Shown here: positions 27,984 to 43,558 of the stretch, one piece after another
Numbering within the stretch: position 1 is the stretch's first letter
Layout: the number at the start of each line of letters is the position of its first letter
DNA from: the human T2T-CHM13v2.0 reference genome, Homo sapiens
Length of the DNA stretch: 64,000 nt
Reading direction: 5' to 3' (one strand)
Assembly: GCF_009914755.1 (NCBI RefSeq)
Contig: NC_060946.1
Made by a program: the position numbers and the translations under genes
The notes under the pieces: generated by a model
Database searches by the model: none
Told to the model about the DNA's origin: nothing
The model's input: the letters and a program-made list of their open reading frames with translations, nothing else

Positions 27984-30900
27984 TGACACATCTCTGAACT
28001 GATCAACAAAGTGATGTAACACTTGTCTACGCTCTGCCTACAGGGGCTTTGTGACATATCTCTGCACTGATCACCCAGGTGATGGGACTTTTGTCTAGGC
28101 TCTGCCTATGGGGGCATTGTGATATATCTCTTCACTGATCACCCAGGTGATGTAACTCTTGTGTTGGATCTGCCTATGAGGGCATTGTGACATATTTCTT
28201 CACTGATCACCTAGGTGATAGGACTCTTGTCAAGACTCTGTGTATTGGGGCTTTGTGACATATCTCTGCACTGATCACCCAGGTGATGTAACGCTTGACT
28301 AGGCTCTGCCTATGGGGCATAGTGACATATCACGGCATTGATCACCGAGGTGATGTAACTCTCGTCCAGGCTCTGCCTATAGGGAACCTTGTGACTTATC
28401 TCTGCACTGACCATCTAGGTGATGTAACTCTTGCTTACGCTCAGCCTGCAGGGGCATTGTGAAATATCTCTGCACTGATCACCCTGGTGATGGTACTCTT
28501 CTCTAGGCTCTGCCTACTGGGGGCATTGTCACATACTTCTGCACTGATCACCCAGTGACGGACTCTTGCCTTGGATTTTCCTATGGGGGCATTGTCTCTG
28601 GTCTAAGCTCTGCCTAAAGGGGCATTGTGACAGATCTCTGCAGTGATCACTCAGGTGATGTAACTATTGTCCAGGCTCTGCTTACATGGGGTATTGTGAC
28701 ATATCTCTGCACTGATCACCTAAGTGATGTAACACTTGTGTAGGCTCTGCCTACAGGGGTATTTTGACAAATCTCTGCACTGGTAACCGCTGTGATGTAA
28801 CTCTTGTCTAGGCTGTGCCCACAGGGGGATTGAGACATATCTCTTCACTGATCCCGAGGTGATCCAGCTCTTGCCTGTTCTCTGCCTACTGGGGACACTG
28901 TGACATGCCTCTGCACTGATCTCCCAGGTGCTGTAAGTTTAGTCTAGGCTCTGGCTACACGGCATTGTGACATATCACTGCACTGATCACCCAGGTGATG
29001 TACCACTTGTCAAGGCTCTGCCTACAGGGACATTGCGATGTATCTCTGCACTGATCACCTAGGTCATGTAACACTTGTCTAGGCTCTGCCTACAGTGTCA
29101 TTGTGACATATCTCTGCACTGATCACCCAGGTGACGTAACTCTTTTCTAGGGTCTGCGTACAGGGTGCTTTGTGACATATCCCTGCAATGATCACACAGG
29201 TGATGTACCACTTGTCAAGGCTCTGCCTACAGGGACATTGCAATGTATCTCTCCACTGATCACCTAGGTCATGTAACATTTGTCTATGCTCTGCCTACAG
29301 TGGCATTGTGACATCTCTCTGCACTCATCATCCAAGTGATGTAACACTTGTCTTGGATCTGCCTAAAGGGACTTTGTGACATATCTCTGCACTGATCATC
29401 CAGGTGATGGGGCTTTTGTCTAGGCTCTGCCTAAGGGGGCATTGTGACATATTTCTTCACTGATCACCCAGGTGACGGACTCTTGTCTTGGATGTGCCTA
29501 TGGGGGCATTGTGACATATCTCTGCACTGGTCACCCAGGTGATGTAACTGTTGTATAAGCTCTGCCTACAGGGAAATTGTGAGAGATCTCGCCATTGATC
29601 ACCGAAGTGATGTAACTATTGTCTAGGCTTTGCCTACATAGGGCTTTGTGACATACTTTTGTACTGATCACCCAGGTGATGTAACTCATCTAATTTCTGC
29701 GTACAGGAGCTTTGTGACATATCCCTGCACTGATCACATAGGTGATGTAACACTTTTATAAGCACTGCCTACAGGGAATTTTGACAAATCTCTGCACTGA
29801 TCACCTAGGTGATGTAACTCTTCTCAACCCTCTGCCCAAAAGGGGCATTGTGAAATATCTCGGCACTGATCAACCAGGTGATTCAACTCTTTTCTAGGAT
29901 CTGCCTACAGGGGTTATTGTGAAATATCTCTGCACTGATCAACTAGGTGATGTAAATGTTGTCTAGGCTCTGCCTACAGGGGTGCATTCACATATCCCTG
30001 AAGTGATGACACAGGTGATGTAACTCTAGCCTAGGCTGTGCCTACAGGGGAAATTGTGACATATCTCTGCAATGATCGCCCAGGTGATGTAACTCTTTTC
30101 TAGGATCTGCGTAAAGGCTGCTTTGTGACATATCCCTGCAATGATCACCCAGGTGATGTACCACTTGTCAAGGCTCTGCCAACAGGGACATTGCGATGTA
30201 TCTGTGCACTGATCACCTCGGTCATGTAACACTTGTCTAGACTCTGCCTACAGTGGCATTGTGACATATCTCTGCACTGATAATCCAAGTGATGTAACAC
30301 TGGTCTTGGATCTGCCTAAAGGGACTTTGTGACATAACTCTTCACTGATCATCCAGGTGATGGGGCTTTTGTCTAGGCTCTGTCTAAGGGTGCATTGTGA
30401 CATATTTCTGCACTGATCACCCAGGTGACGGACTCTTGTCTTGGATCTGCCTATGGGGGCATTGGGAAATATCTCTGCACTGATCACCCAGGTGATTTAA
30501 CTGTTGTATAAGCTCTGCCTATAGGGCAGTTGTGAGAGATCTCACCACTGATCACCCAAGGGATGTAATTATGGTCTAGGCTTTGCCTACAGGGAGCTTT
30601 GTGACATACCTTTGCACTGATCACCCAGGTGATGTTACTCATCTAAGTTCTGGCTACAGGAGCTTTGTGACATATCCCTGCACTGATCACATAGGTGATG
30701 TAACACTTTTATAAGCACTGCCTACAGGGAATTTTGACAGATCTCTGCACTGATCACCTAGATGATGTAACTCTTGTATACCCTCTGCCCAAAGGGGGCA
30801 TTGTGAAATATCTCTGCACTGATCAACTAGATGATGTAACTGTTGTCTAGGCTCTGCGTACAGGGGCGTTTTCACATATCCCTGAACTGATGACAAAGAT

Positions 30901-33900
30901 GATGTAACTCTTGCCAAGGTTTGCCAACAGGGGACATTGTGACATATCTCTGCACTGATCACCCAGGTGATGCAACTCTTCTCTATGCTCTGCCTACATG
31001 GGACATTGTGACATATCTCTACACTGATCACCCAGGTGATGCAACTCTTCTCTATGCTCTGCCTACAGCGGGCATTTTAACATATTTCTGCACTGATCAC
31101 CCAGGTGATGTAACTCTTTCCAATGCTCTGCTTTCAGAGAGCGTTGTGACATCAGTCGGCACGGATCACCCGGGTTATGTAACTCTTATCTAGGCTCTGG
31201 CTATGGGGCATTGTGACTTATCTCTGCACTGATCACCCAGGAGATGTGACTCTTTTCTAATCTCTGCCTAGAGGGACATTGGGACATATCTCTGCACTCA
31301 TCGCTGAGGTGATGTAAAACTTGTGTAGGCTTTGCCTACAGTGGCATTTATGACATATCTCTGCACTGATCTCCCAGGTGATGTAACTCTTGTCTAGGCT
31401 CTGCTTACCGGGGTATTGTGAGATATCTCTGCATTGATCACCCAGGTGATGTAACTGTTGTCTAGGCTCTGTCTACAGGGGCATTGTAACATATCACTGC
31501 ACTGATCACCGAGATGACCTAACTCTTGTATAGGCTTCGCCGACAGGGTGCCTTGAGACATATCTCTGCACTGATAACCGAGGTGATGCAACTCTTGTCT
31601 GGGATCTGCTTTCAATGGGCATTGTGACATAACTCTGCCCTGATCACCCAGGTGATGTAACTCTTGTCTACGCTCTGCCTACTGGAGACATTGTGACATA
31701 TCTCAACACTGATCACCCAGGTGATGTCAATTTTGTCAAGGATATGGCTACAGGGACATTGTGACATGTCACTGCACTGATCACACAGCTGATGTAAGTC
31801 TTTTCTAGGCTCTGGATACAGGGGGCTTGTGACACATCTCTGCACTGATCACCCAGTTGATGTAACCCTTGTCTAGGCTGTTCCAAAAGGGGACATTGTG
31901 ACATAACTCTGCACTGATCACCCAGTTGATGGGACTCTGGTCTAGGCTCTGCCTACAGGGGCATTGTGACATATCTCTGCAGTGATCACACAGGTGATGT
32001 AACTCTTGTCTATATCTGCCTGCTGGTGGCATTGTGGCATATTTCTGCAGTGATCACCCAGGTGATGGACACTTGTCTTGGATCTGCCTATGGGGGCATA
32101 GTGACATATCTCTGCAGTGATCACTCATGTGATGTAATTCTTATCGAAGCTGCGCCTAAAGGGGAATTGTGACAGATATCTCCACTGATCACCCAGGTGA
32201 TGAAACAATTTTCTGGGATTTGTCTACATGGGGCTTTGTGACATATCTTTTCACGGATCACCCAGGAGATGTAACTCTTGTCTAGGCTCGGCCTACAGAG
32301 GCTTTGTGTCATATTTCTGCACTGATCAGCCAGCTGATGTAACTGTTGTTTCAGCTCTTCCTACAGGGGCTTTTTGAACATATCTCTGCACTGATCACCC
32401 AGGTGATGTAACTCTTGTCTAGGATCCACCTACAAGGGGTATTGTGACGTATCTCTGCACTGATCACCCAAGTGATGTAACTGTTGCCTAGGCTCAAACT
32501 ACTGGGTGTATTGTGACGTACCTCTGCACTGATCACCCAGGTGATGGGACACTTGTCTAGGCTCTGTATATGGGGGCTTTGTGACATATCTCTGCACTGA
32601 TCACCAAAGTGATGTAACTCTTGACTAGGGTCTGCCTACGGGGCATAGTGACATATCACTGCATTGATCACCGAGGGGATGTAACTCTTGTCCAGGTTCT
32701 GCCTATAGGGGTCCTTGTGATATATCTCTGAACTGATCATATATGTGATGTAACTCTTGCTTAATCTCTGCCTGCAGGGGCATTGTGAAATATGTCTGCA
32801 CTGATCACCCAGGTGATGGGACTCTTCTGTATGCTCTGCCTACAGGGTACATTGTGACATATCCCTGCACTGATCACCCAGGTGATGCAGCTCTTCTCTA
32901 TTCTCTGCCTACAGGGGGCATTGTGACATATCTCTGCACTGATCACCCAGGTGATGTAACTCTTGTCTAGGCTCTGCTTACAGGTGTATTGTGACATATC
33001 TCTGCACTGATCCCGTAAGTGATGTAACACTTGTGTAGGCTCTGCCTACAGGGGCATTTTGACATATCTCTGCACTGTTAACCGAGGTGATGTAACTCTT
33101 GTTTAGGCTCTGCCTACAGGGGCCTTGTGAGGTATCTCTGCACTGATCACCCAGGTGATGTAACTCTTGTCTAGGGTCCACCTACAGGGGGTATTGTGAC
33201 GTATCTCTGCAGTGAGCACTCAGGTGATGTAACATTTATCTAGGCTCTGCCTGCAGGGGAGTTTTGAAATAGCTCTGCACAGATCACCTAGATTATGAAA
33301 CTTTTGTCCACTCTCTGCCTACAGTGGGCATTGTGAAATATCTGTTCACTGATCACACGGGTGATGGTACTATTCTCTATACTCTTCCTAGAGGGGGATT
33401 TGTGACATATCTCTGCACTGGTCACCCAGGTGATGGAAGTCTTGTCTAGGCTCTCTCTATGGGGACATTGTATCAAATATCTGCACTGATCACCCAGGTG
33501 ATGTTACTCTTTTCTTGGCTCCACCTACAGGGGATATTGTGATGTAACTCTACACAGATCACCTAGGTTATGTAACTCTTTTCCACTGTCTGCCTACAGG
33601 GTCATTGTGAACTATCTCTGCACTGAGCATCCAGGTGATAGGACTCTTCTCTATACTCTGCCTGGAGGGGGATTTGTGACATATCTCTGCACTGATTACC
33701 CAGGTGATGGAAGTCTTGGCTAAGCTATGTCTATGGGGGCATTGTGTCAAATATCTGCACTGATCACCCAGGTGATGTATCTCTTTTCTCGGTTCTGTCT
33801 ACAGGGATTTTTGTCACATATGACTGCACTGATCACCTAGGTGATGTAAGCCTTGTATGCACTTTGCCTATAGAAGGCTTTATGACACATCTATGCACTG

Positions 33901-34894
33901 ATCTCTGAGGTGATGCAACTCTTCTCTAGGCACTGCCTACACGGGACATTGGTACAAATCTCTGCACTGATCACCCAGGTGATGGACTCTTGTCTTAGAT
34001 CTGCCTAAATGGACATTGTGACATCTCTGAACTGATCAACCAAGTGATGAAACTCTTGTCTAGGCTCTGCCTACAGGGGCTTTGTGACACATCTCTGCAC
34101 TGATCACCCTGGGGAGGGAACTCTTGTCTATGCTCTGCCTACAGGAGGCTTTATGACTTATAGCTGCACTGATAACCTAGTTGATTTAACACCTGTCTAG
34201 GCTCTGCCTTCACGGGAATTCTCACATATCTCTGCGCTGATCACCCGGGTGATGTAACCCCTGTCTAGGTTCAGCCTACAGGAGCGTTTTGACATATCTC
34301 TGCACTGATCACCCAGGTGATGTAACCCTTGTCTAAGCTCTGCCTACAGGGGCATTGTGACAGATCTCTCCACTGCTCACCCAGGTGATGTAACAATTGT
34401 CTGGGCTTTGCCTGCGGGGCTTTGTGATATACATTTCCACTGATCAAACAGGTGATGTAACCCTTGTCAAGGTTCTGCTTACAGGGGCTTTGTAACATAT
34501 CTCTGCACTGATCACCCCAGGGAGGAAACACTTGTCTACACTCTGCCTCCTGGAGGCTTTACGACTTATCCCTGCACTGATCACTAGGTGAGGTAACACT
34601 TGTCTAAGCTCTGTCTACACAGGAATTTTCACATATATCTACACTGATCACCTAAGTGATGGAACCCTTGTCTAGATTCAGCCTAACGGGCATTTCTGAC
34701 ATACCTATGCACCGATCACTGAGGTGATGCAAATCATTTCCAGGCTTTTTGTACAGGGGACATTGTGATATATCTCTGCACTGATCACCCAAATGATGCA
34801 AATCTTCTCTAGGCTCTGCAGGGAGGAGGCATTGTGACATATTTCTGAACTGATCATCCAGGAGATGTAACTATTCCCCAGTCTTTGACTAAAG
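27984..34894. repeat. Beta-satellite spacer 1 (~6.9 kb)
   Basis: Diverged 68-bp monomers between cassettes 1 and 2. Confidence 0.95.
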
Positions 34895-35045
34895 AGCGTC
34901 CGTAGGTGTTGGGAGAGCCTCAGCTGGAATTACACGGATGGACAAGCGCACAGAGAGGCCAGCGGGCTCCCTTGCACGTCAGCCGGGGTGCGCAATGAGC
35001 GCAGGTCTAGCCAGGAGGCCGGCAAAGAGAGGTAGAGGTCTGCAT
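34811..35045 (-). other. pLAM / DUX4 exon-3-like segment without the ATTAAA signal (copy 2)
   Basis: Minus strand reads CCTCCTGGCTAG|ACCTGCGCTCATTGCGCACCCCGGCTGACGTGCAAGGGAG...GTTACATCTCCTGGATGATCAGTTCAGAAATATGTCACAATGCC, resembling recalled 4qA pLAM. Confidence 0.8.
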
Positions 35046-35596
35046 TCCGCCGCCAGGCACTCCATGGTGGCAGCTGGGAGGCTGCAGTGGCACAGGTGGG
35101 CCCATGACGGTTTCGCGGAGGCACAGAGGAGGCGAGCCGCAGGAGGGGTGTCAGGCCTGGACGCTGCTGGGGCCCAGTGTTTCGCAGCACAGGGGTCTCC
35201 ACACAGCCCAGCGGAGGACGCATTTTCCGGGGGTGGGGTTGGGGGTGGGGAGGGGGTGTTCAGGCGTGGGTGGGGCTGTGTAAAGGCATGAGAGCTCTGC
35301 CTGGGCTGCTCCCACAGCCCAGGCGGCTGCCCACATACCCACGCATGCACAGTAGGCGGCCCACCTGCTGGTAACTGGGACGGCTCTGGGATCCCCGGGA
35401 TGCCCAGGAAAGAATTGCTGTTCCCCGCTGTGTGAAGCCTCTCACCGAGCCTAGACTTAGAAGGGAGGAATCCCAGGCCAGTCATCCCAGTGGAGGGGGC
35501 GGGGGTAAGACACACCCCTCCATAGCCAGCCAGGTGTTCCTCGCGAAAGAAAGGCCACCGCCGTGCCCCAACCCGAAACCGTCCCAACCCCACGTC

Positions 35597-36991
<1,395 letters not shown>

Positions 36992-37001
36992 CTAGCGTCT
37001 C

Positions 37002-37075
37002 TTATAAAGGCCCACAGGCAGGCAGGCTCCACCCCTTCATGAATGGCGGTGAGAACTGGGACAGCCCGTCCCACT
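37002..37075 (-). promoter_or_regulatory. DUX-type promoter of copy 2: TATAA and DBE-like element
   Basis: ttata at 37002-37006, followed by ggcaggctccaccccttcatgaatggcggtgag at 37021-37053. Confidence 0.7.
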
Positions 37076-37661
37076 GCGGAAGGGTCCTAGGGCTTCGAGG
37101 CCTGCTGCCGGGGGGTGGTGGGGTTGGGGGGGAGGGCGTGGTGATCGTGGTGGTGGGGCCGGAGAGACGAAGAGGAAGGGGGCGAGGGGGAAGGGGTGAG
37201 GGGGGCGCGTTTTAGGGGCTGGCTGTCCAGACCTCTCCAGGAATCCCGCGGGAACTGGAAGCCACTCTCTGGGCTCCCACGTGGCTTCAGCAGGGAGAAA
37301 CCGGCCTGGCAGGTTGGAGGAGAATGTGGAACTGAACCTCCGTGGGAGTCTGGAGTGTTCCAGGCCCTCTCTCCGTGAAGAAGGCAGTGCCTGTGGGTGT
37401 CGCCATTGCTTGGACAGTCTCACACACGCAGGCGTGTGGCTCTCTTTCATTTCCACGTAGGAGACCAGAGCGAGATGCCAGAGAGAAGATGCCTCCCCGG
37501 CGTGATGGCCTGATGATGGATTCCCATGTGCTGCAACATGGGGAGTCTGCAGTGTGTCCGGTTTGGAAACTGGCAAGGAGAGTGAAGGCACCATGCCGGT
37601 CTTCCACACTTCCCTACATGTTTCTGGGTGCCCGCAGAGCTCCGGGAGCGAACAGTGAGCA

Positions 37662-40600
37662 TGACACATCTCTGAACTGATCAACAAAGTGATGTAACAC
37701 TTGTCTAGGCTCTGCCTACAGGGGTTTTGTGACATATCTCTACACTGATCACCCAGCTGATGGGACATCTGTCTAGGCTATGCCTGTGGGGGCATTGTGA
37801 CATATCTCTACACTGATCAACGAGGTGATGTAACACTTCTGTTGGATCTGCCTATGGGGGCATAGTAACATATAGCTGCACTGATCACCCAGGTGATGGA
37901 ACACTTGTCTAGACTCTGCTTATGGGGGATTTGTGACATATCTCTGAACTGATCACCCAGGTGATGTAACGCTCGACTAGGCTCTGCCTACGGGGCATAG
38001 TGACATATCACTGCATTGATCACCGAGGTGATGTAACTCTTGTCCAGGCTCTTCCTATAGGGGGACTTGTGACATATCTCTGCACTGATCATCTAGGTGA
38101 TGTAACTCTTGCTAAAGCTCTCCCTGCAGGGGCATTGTGAAATGTCTCTGCACTGATCACCCAGGTGAAGGGACTCTTCACTAGGCTCTGCCTACTGGGG
38201 GCATTGTCACATATTTCTGCACTGATCAAACAGGTGACGGACTCTTGTCTTGGATTTGCCTTTGGGGGCATTTTGACATATCTCTTCACTGATCACCCAC
38301 GTGATGTAACTCTGGTCTAAGCTCTGCCTAAAGGGGCATTGTGACAGATCTCTGCAACGATCACTCAGGTGATGTAACTATTGTCTAGGCTATGCTTAAA
38401 GGGGCCTTGTCACCTATCTCTGCACTGATCACCCAGGTGATGTAACTCTTGTCTAGGCTCTGCTTAAAGGGGGTATTGTGACATATCTCAGCACTGATCA
38501 CCTAAGTGATGTAACACTTGTGTAGGCTCTGCCTACAGGGGCATTTTGACATATATCTGCACTGTTAACCGAGGTGACGTTACTCTTGTCTAGGCTATGC
38601 CCACAGGGGGATTGAGACATATCTCTGCACTGATCCCGAGGTGATCCAACTATTGGCTGGTCTCCACCTACTGGGGACATTGTGACATATTTCTGCACTG
38701 ATTTCCCAGGAGTTGTAACTTTATTCTAGGCTCTGGCTACAAGGCATTGTGACATATCACTGGACTGATCACCCAGGTGATATAACACTTGTCTAGGCTC
38801 TGCCTACAGGGGCATTGCGATGTATCTCTGCACTGATCACCTAGGTCATGTAACTCTTGTCTAGGCTCTGCCTACAGTGGCATTGTAACATATCTTTGCA
38901 CTGATCACCCAGGTGATTCAACTCTTTTCTAGGATGTGCCTACAGGGAGTATTGTGAAATGTCTCTGCACTGTTCACCTATGTGATGTAACTCTTGTCTA
39001 GGCTCTGCCTACAGGAGCGTTTTCACATATCACTGAACTGATGACAAAGGTGATGTAACTCTTGCCTAGGCTTTGCCCACAGGGGACATTGTGACATATA
39101 TCTGCACTGATCACCCAGATGATGCAACTCTTCGGTACGCTTTGCCTACAGGGGACATTGGGACATATCCCTGTACTGATCACCCATGTGATGCAACTCT
39201 TCTCTATGCTCTGCCTACAGGGTTCATTGTGACATATTTCTGCACTGATCACCCAGGTGATGTAGCTCTTGTCTAGGCTCCACCTACAGGGAGTATTGTG
39301 ACATATCTCTGCACTGATCACCCAGGAGATGTAACTGTTGTCTAGGCTCCACCTACAGGGGGTATTGTGACGTGTCTCTGCACTGATCACCCAGGTGATG
39401 TAACATTTATCTAGGCTCTGCCTACAGGGGCGTTTTGACAAAGCTCTCCACAGATCACCTAGGTTATGTAACTCTTGTCCACACTCTGCCTACAGGGGGC
39501 ATTGTGAAATATCTCCACAATGATCACCCAGGTGATGGTACTCTTCTCTATACTCTGCCTATAGAGGGATTTGTGACATATCTCTTCACTGATCACCCAG
39601 GTGATTGAAGTCTTGTATATGCTCTGTCTATGGGGGCATTGTGTCAAATTTCTACACCAATCACCCGGGTGATGTAACTCTTGTGTAGGCTCTGTCTACA
39701 GGGATTTTTGTGACGTATCACTTCACTGATCACCTAGGTGATGTAAGCCTTGTATGGGCTTTGCATACAGAAGGCTTTGTGACATTTCTATGCACTGATC
39801 TCTGAGGTGATGCAACTCTGGTCTAGGCACTGCCTACAGGGGACATTGGTACATATCTCTGCACTGATCACCCAGGTGATGGACTCTTGTCTTACATCTG
39901 CCTACATGGACATTGTGACATATCTCTGAACTGATCAACCAAGTGATGAAACTCTTGTCTAGGCTCTGCCTACATGGGCTTTGTGACACATCTCTGCACT
40001 GATCACCCTGGGGAGGGAACTCTTGTCAACGCTCTGCCTACAGGAGGCTTTATGACTTATACCTGCACTGATAACCTAGGTGATGTAACACTTGTCTAGG
40101 CTCTGCCTACACAGGAATTCTCACATATCTCTGCACTGATCACCCAGGTGATGTAACTCCTGTCTAGGTTCAGACTACAGGTGTGTTTTGAAATATCTCT
40201 GCACTGATCACCCAGTTGATGTAATCCTTGTCTAAGCTCTGCCTACAGGGGCATTGTGACAGATCTCTCCACTGCTCACCCAGGTGATGTAACAATTGCC
40301 TGGGCTTTGCCTACAGGGGGCTTTGTGATATACATTTCCACTGATCAAACAGGTGATGTAACCCTTTTCAAGGTTCTGCTTACAGCGGCTTTGGTACATA
40401 TCTCTGCACTGATCACCCCAGGGAGGAAACACTTGTCTACACTCTGCCTACAGGAGGCTTTACTACTTATCCCTGCACTGATCACTAGGCGATATAACAC
40501 TTGTCTAGGCTCTGTCTACACCAGAATTTTCACATATCTCTACACTGATCACCTAAGTGATGGAACCCTTGTCTAGTTTCAGCCTACTGGGGATTTCTGA

Positions 40601-40794
40601 CATACCTATGCACTGATCACCGAGGTGATGTAAATCATTTCCAGGTTTTTGTACAAGGGACATTGTGATATATCTCTACTCTGATCACCCAAATGATGCA
40701 AATCTTCTCTAGGCTCTGCAGGGAGGGGGCATTGTGACATATTTCTGAACCGATCATCGAGGAGATGTAACTATTCTCCAGGCTTTGACTAAAA
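37662..40794. repeat. Beta-satellite spacer 2 (~3.1 kb)
   Basis: 68-bp monomers; the shortest spacer. Confidence 0.95.
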
Positions 40795-40945
40795 AGCGTC
40801 GGAAGGTGTTGGGAGAGCCTCAGCCGGAATTTCATGGATGGACAAGGGCACAGAGAGGTCAGTGGGCTCCCTTGCACATCAGCTGGGGTGCGCAATGAGC
40901 GCAGGTCTAGCCAGGAGGCCAGCAAATAGAGATAGAGGTCTGCGT
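40711..40945 (-). other. pLAM / DUX4 exon-3-like segment without ATTAAA (copy 3)
   Basis: Acceptor-like GGCTAG|ACCTGCG at ~40900-40912. GTCACA (tgtgac at 40733-40738) occupies the poly(A)-signal position. Confidence 0.8.
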
Positions 40946-41493
40946 TCCGCCGCCAGGCGCTCCGTGGTGTCAGCTGGGAGGTTGCAGGGGCACGGGCGGG
41001 CCGGCGACGGTGGCGCGGAGGCGCAGAGGAGGCGAGCTGCTGGAGGGGTGTCAGGCCTGGACGCTGCGTGGGCCCGGTGTTTTGCGGGATGGGGGTCTCC
41101 ACCCTGCCCAGGGGAGGATGCATTTTCCGGGGGGTGGGGGGTTGGGGATGGGGTGGTCAGGCAGGTGTGGGGTGGTGGAAAGGCATGAGATGTCTACCCA
41201 GGCTGATCCCACAGCCCAGGCGGCTGTCCGCAAACACGCGCATGCGCAGTGGGCGGCCCACCTGGTGGTACCTGTGCTGGCTCTGGGATCCCCTGGATGC
41301 TCAGGAAAGAAGGGCAGTTCTCCACTGTGTGGAGCCTCTCACCGTGCCTAGACCTAGAAGGCAGGAATCCCAGGCCGGTCAGCCCGGTGGAGGGGGCGGG
41401 GTGAAGACATGTCCCTCCATAGCCAGCCAGGTGTTCCCCGCGAAAGAGAGGCCACTGCCCTGCCCCAACCCGACCCAGTCCCAACCCCGCGTC

Positions 41494-42975
<1,482 letters not shown>

Positions 42976-43558
42976 GAAGGGTCCCAGGGCATGGAAGCCT
43001 GTGGTCATGGTGGGGTGGGTTTGGCGGGGAGGGCGTGGTGATGGCGGTGGTGGGACCAGAGAGATGAAGAGGAATGGGGCGAAGGGGAAGGCGTGAGGGG
43101 GGTGCGTTTCGGGGGCTGGCTCTAGGGACGTCTCCAGGAATCCCGCGGGAACTGGAAGCCACTCTCTGGGCTCCCACGCATCTACAGCAGGAATAAACCG
43201 TCCTGGGAGGGTGGAGGGGAGTGTAGAACTGAACCTCGGTGGGAGTCTGGAGTGTTCCAGGCCCTCTCTCCGTGAAGGAGGCAGTGCCTGTGGGTGTCGC
43301 CGTTGCTGGGACAGTCTCAGACACGCAGGAGTGTGGGTCTCGTTCATTTCCAAGTAGGTGACCAGAGCGAGACCCCAGAGAGAAGATGCCTCTCTGGCGT
43401 GATGGCCTTACGATGGATTCCCGTGTGCGGCAACATGGGGAGTCTGCAGAGTGGCCGGTTTGGAAACTGGCAAGGAGAGCGAAGGCACCATGCCGGTCTT
43501 CCACCCTTCCCTGCATGTTTCCGGGTGCCTGCAGAGCTCTGGGAGCAAACAGTCAGCA

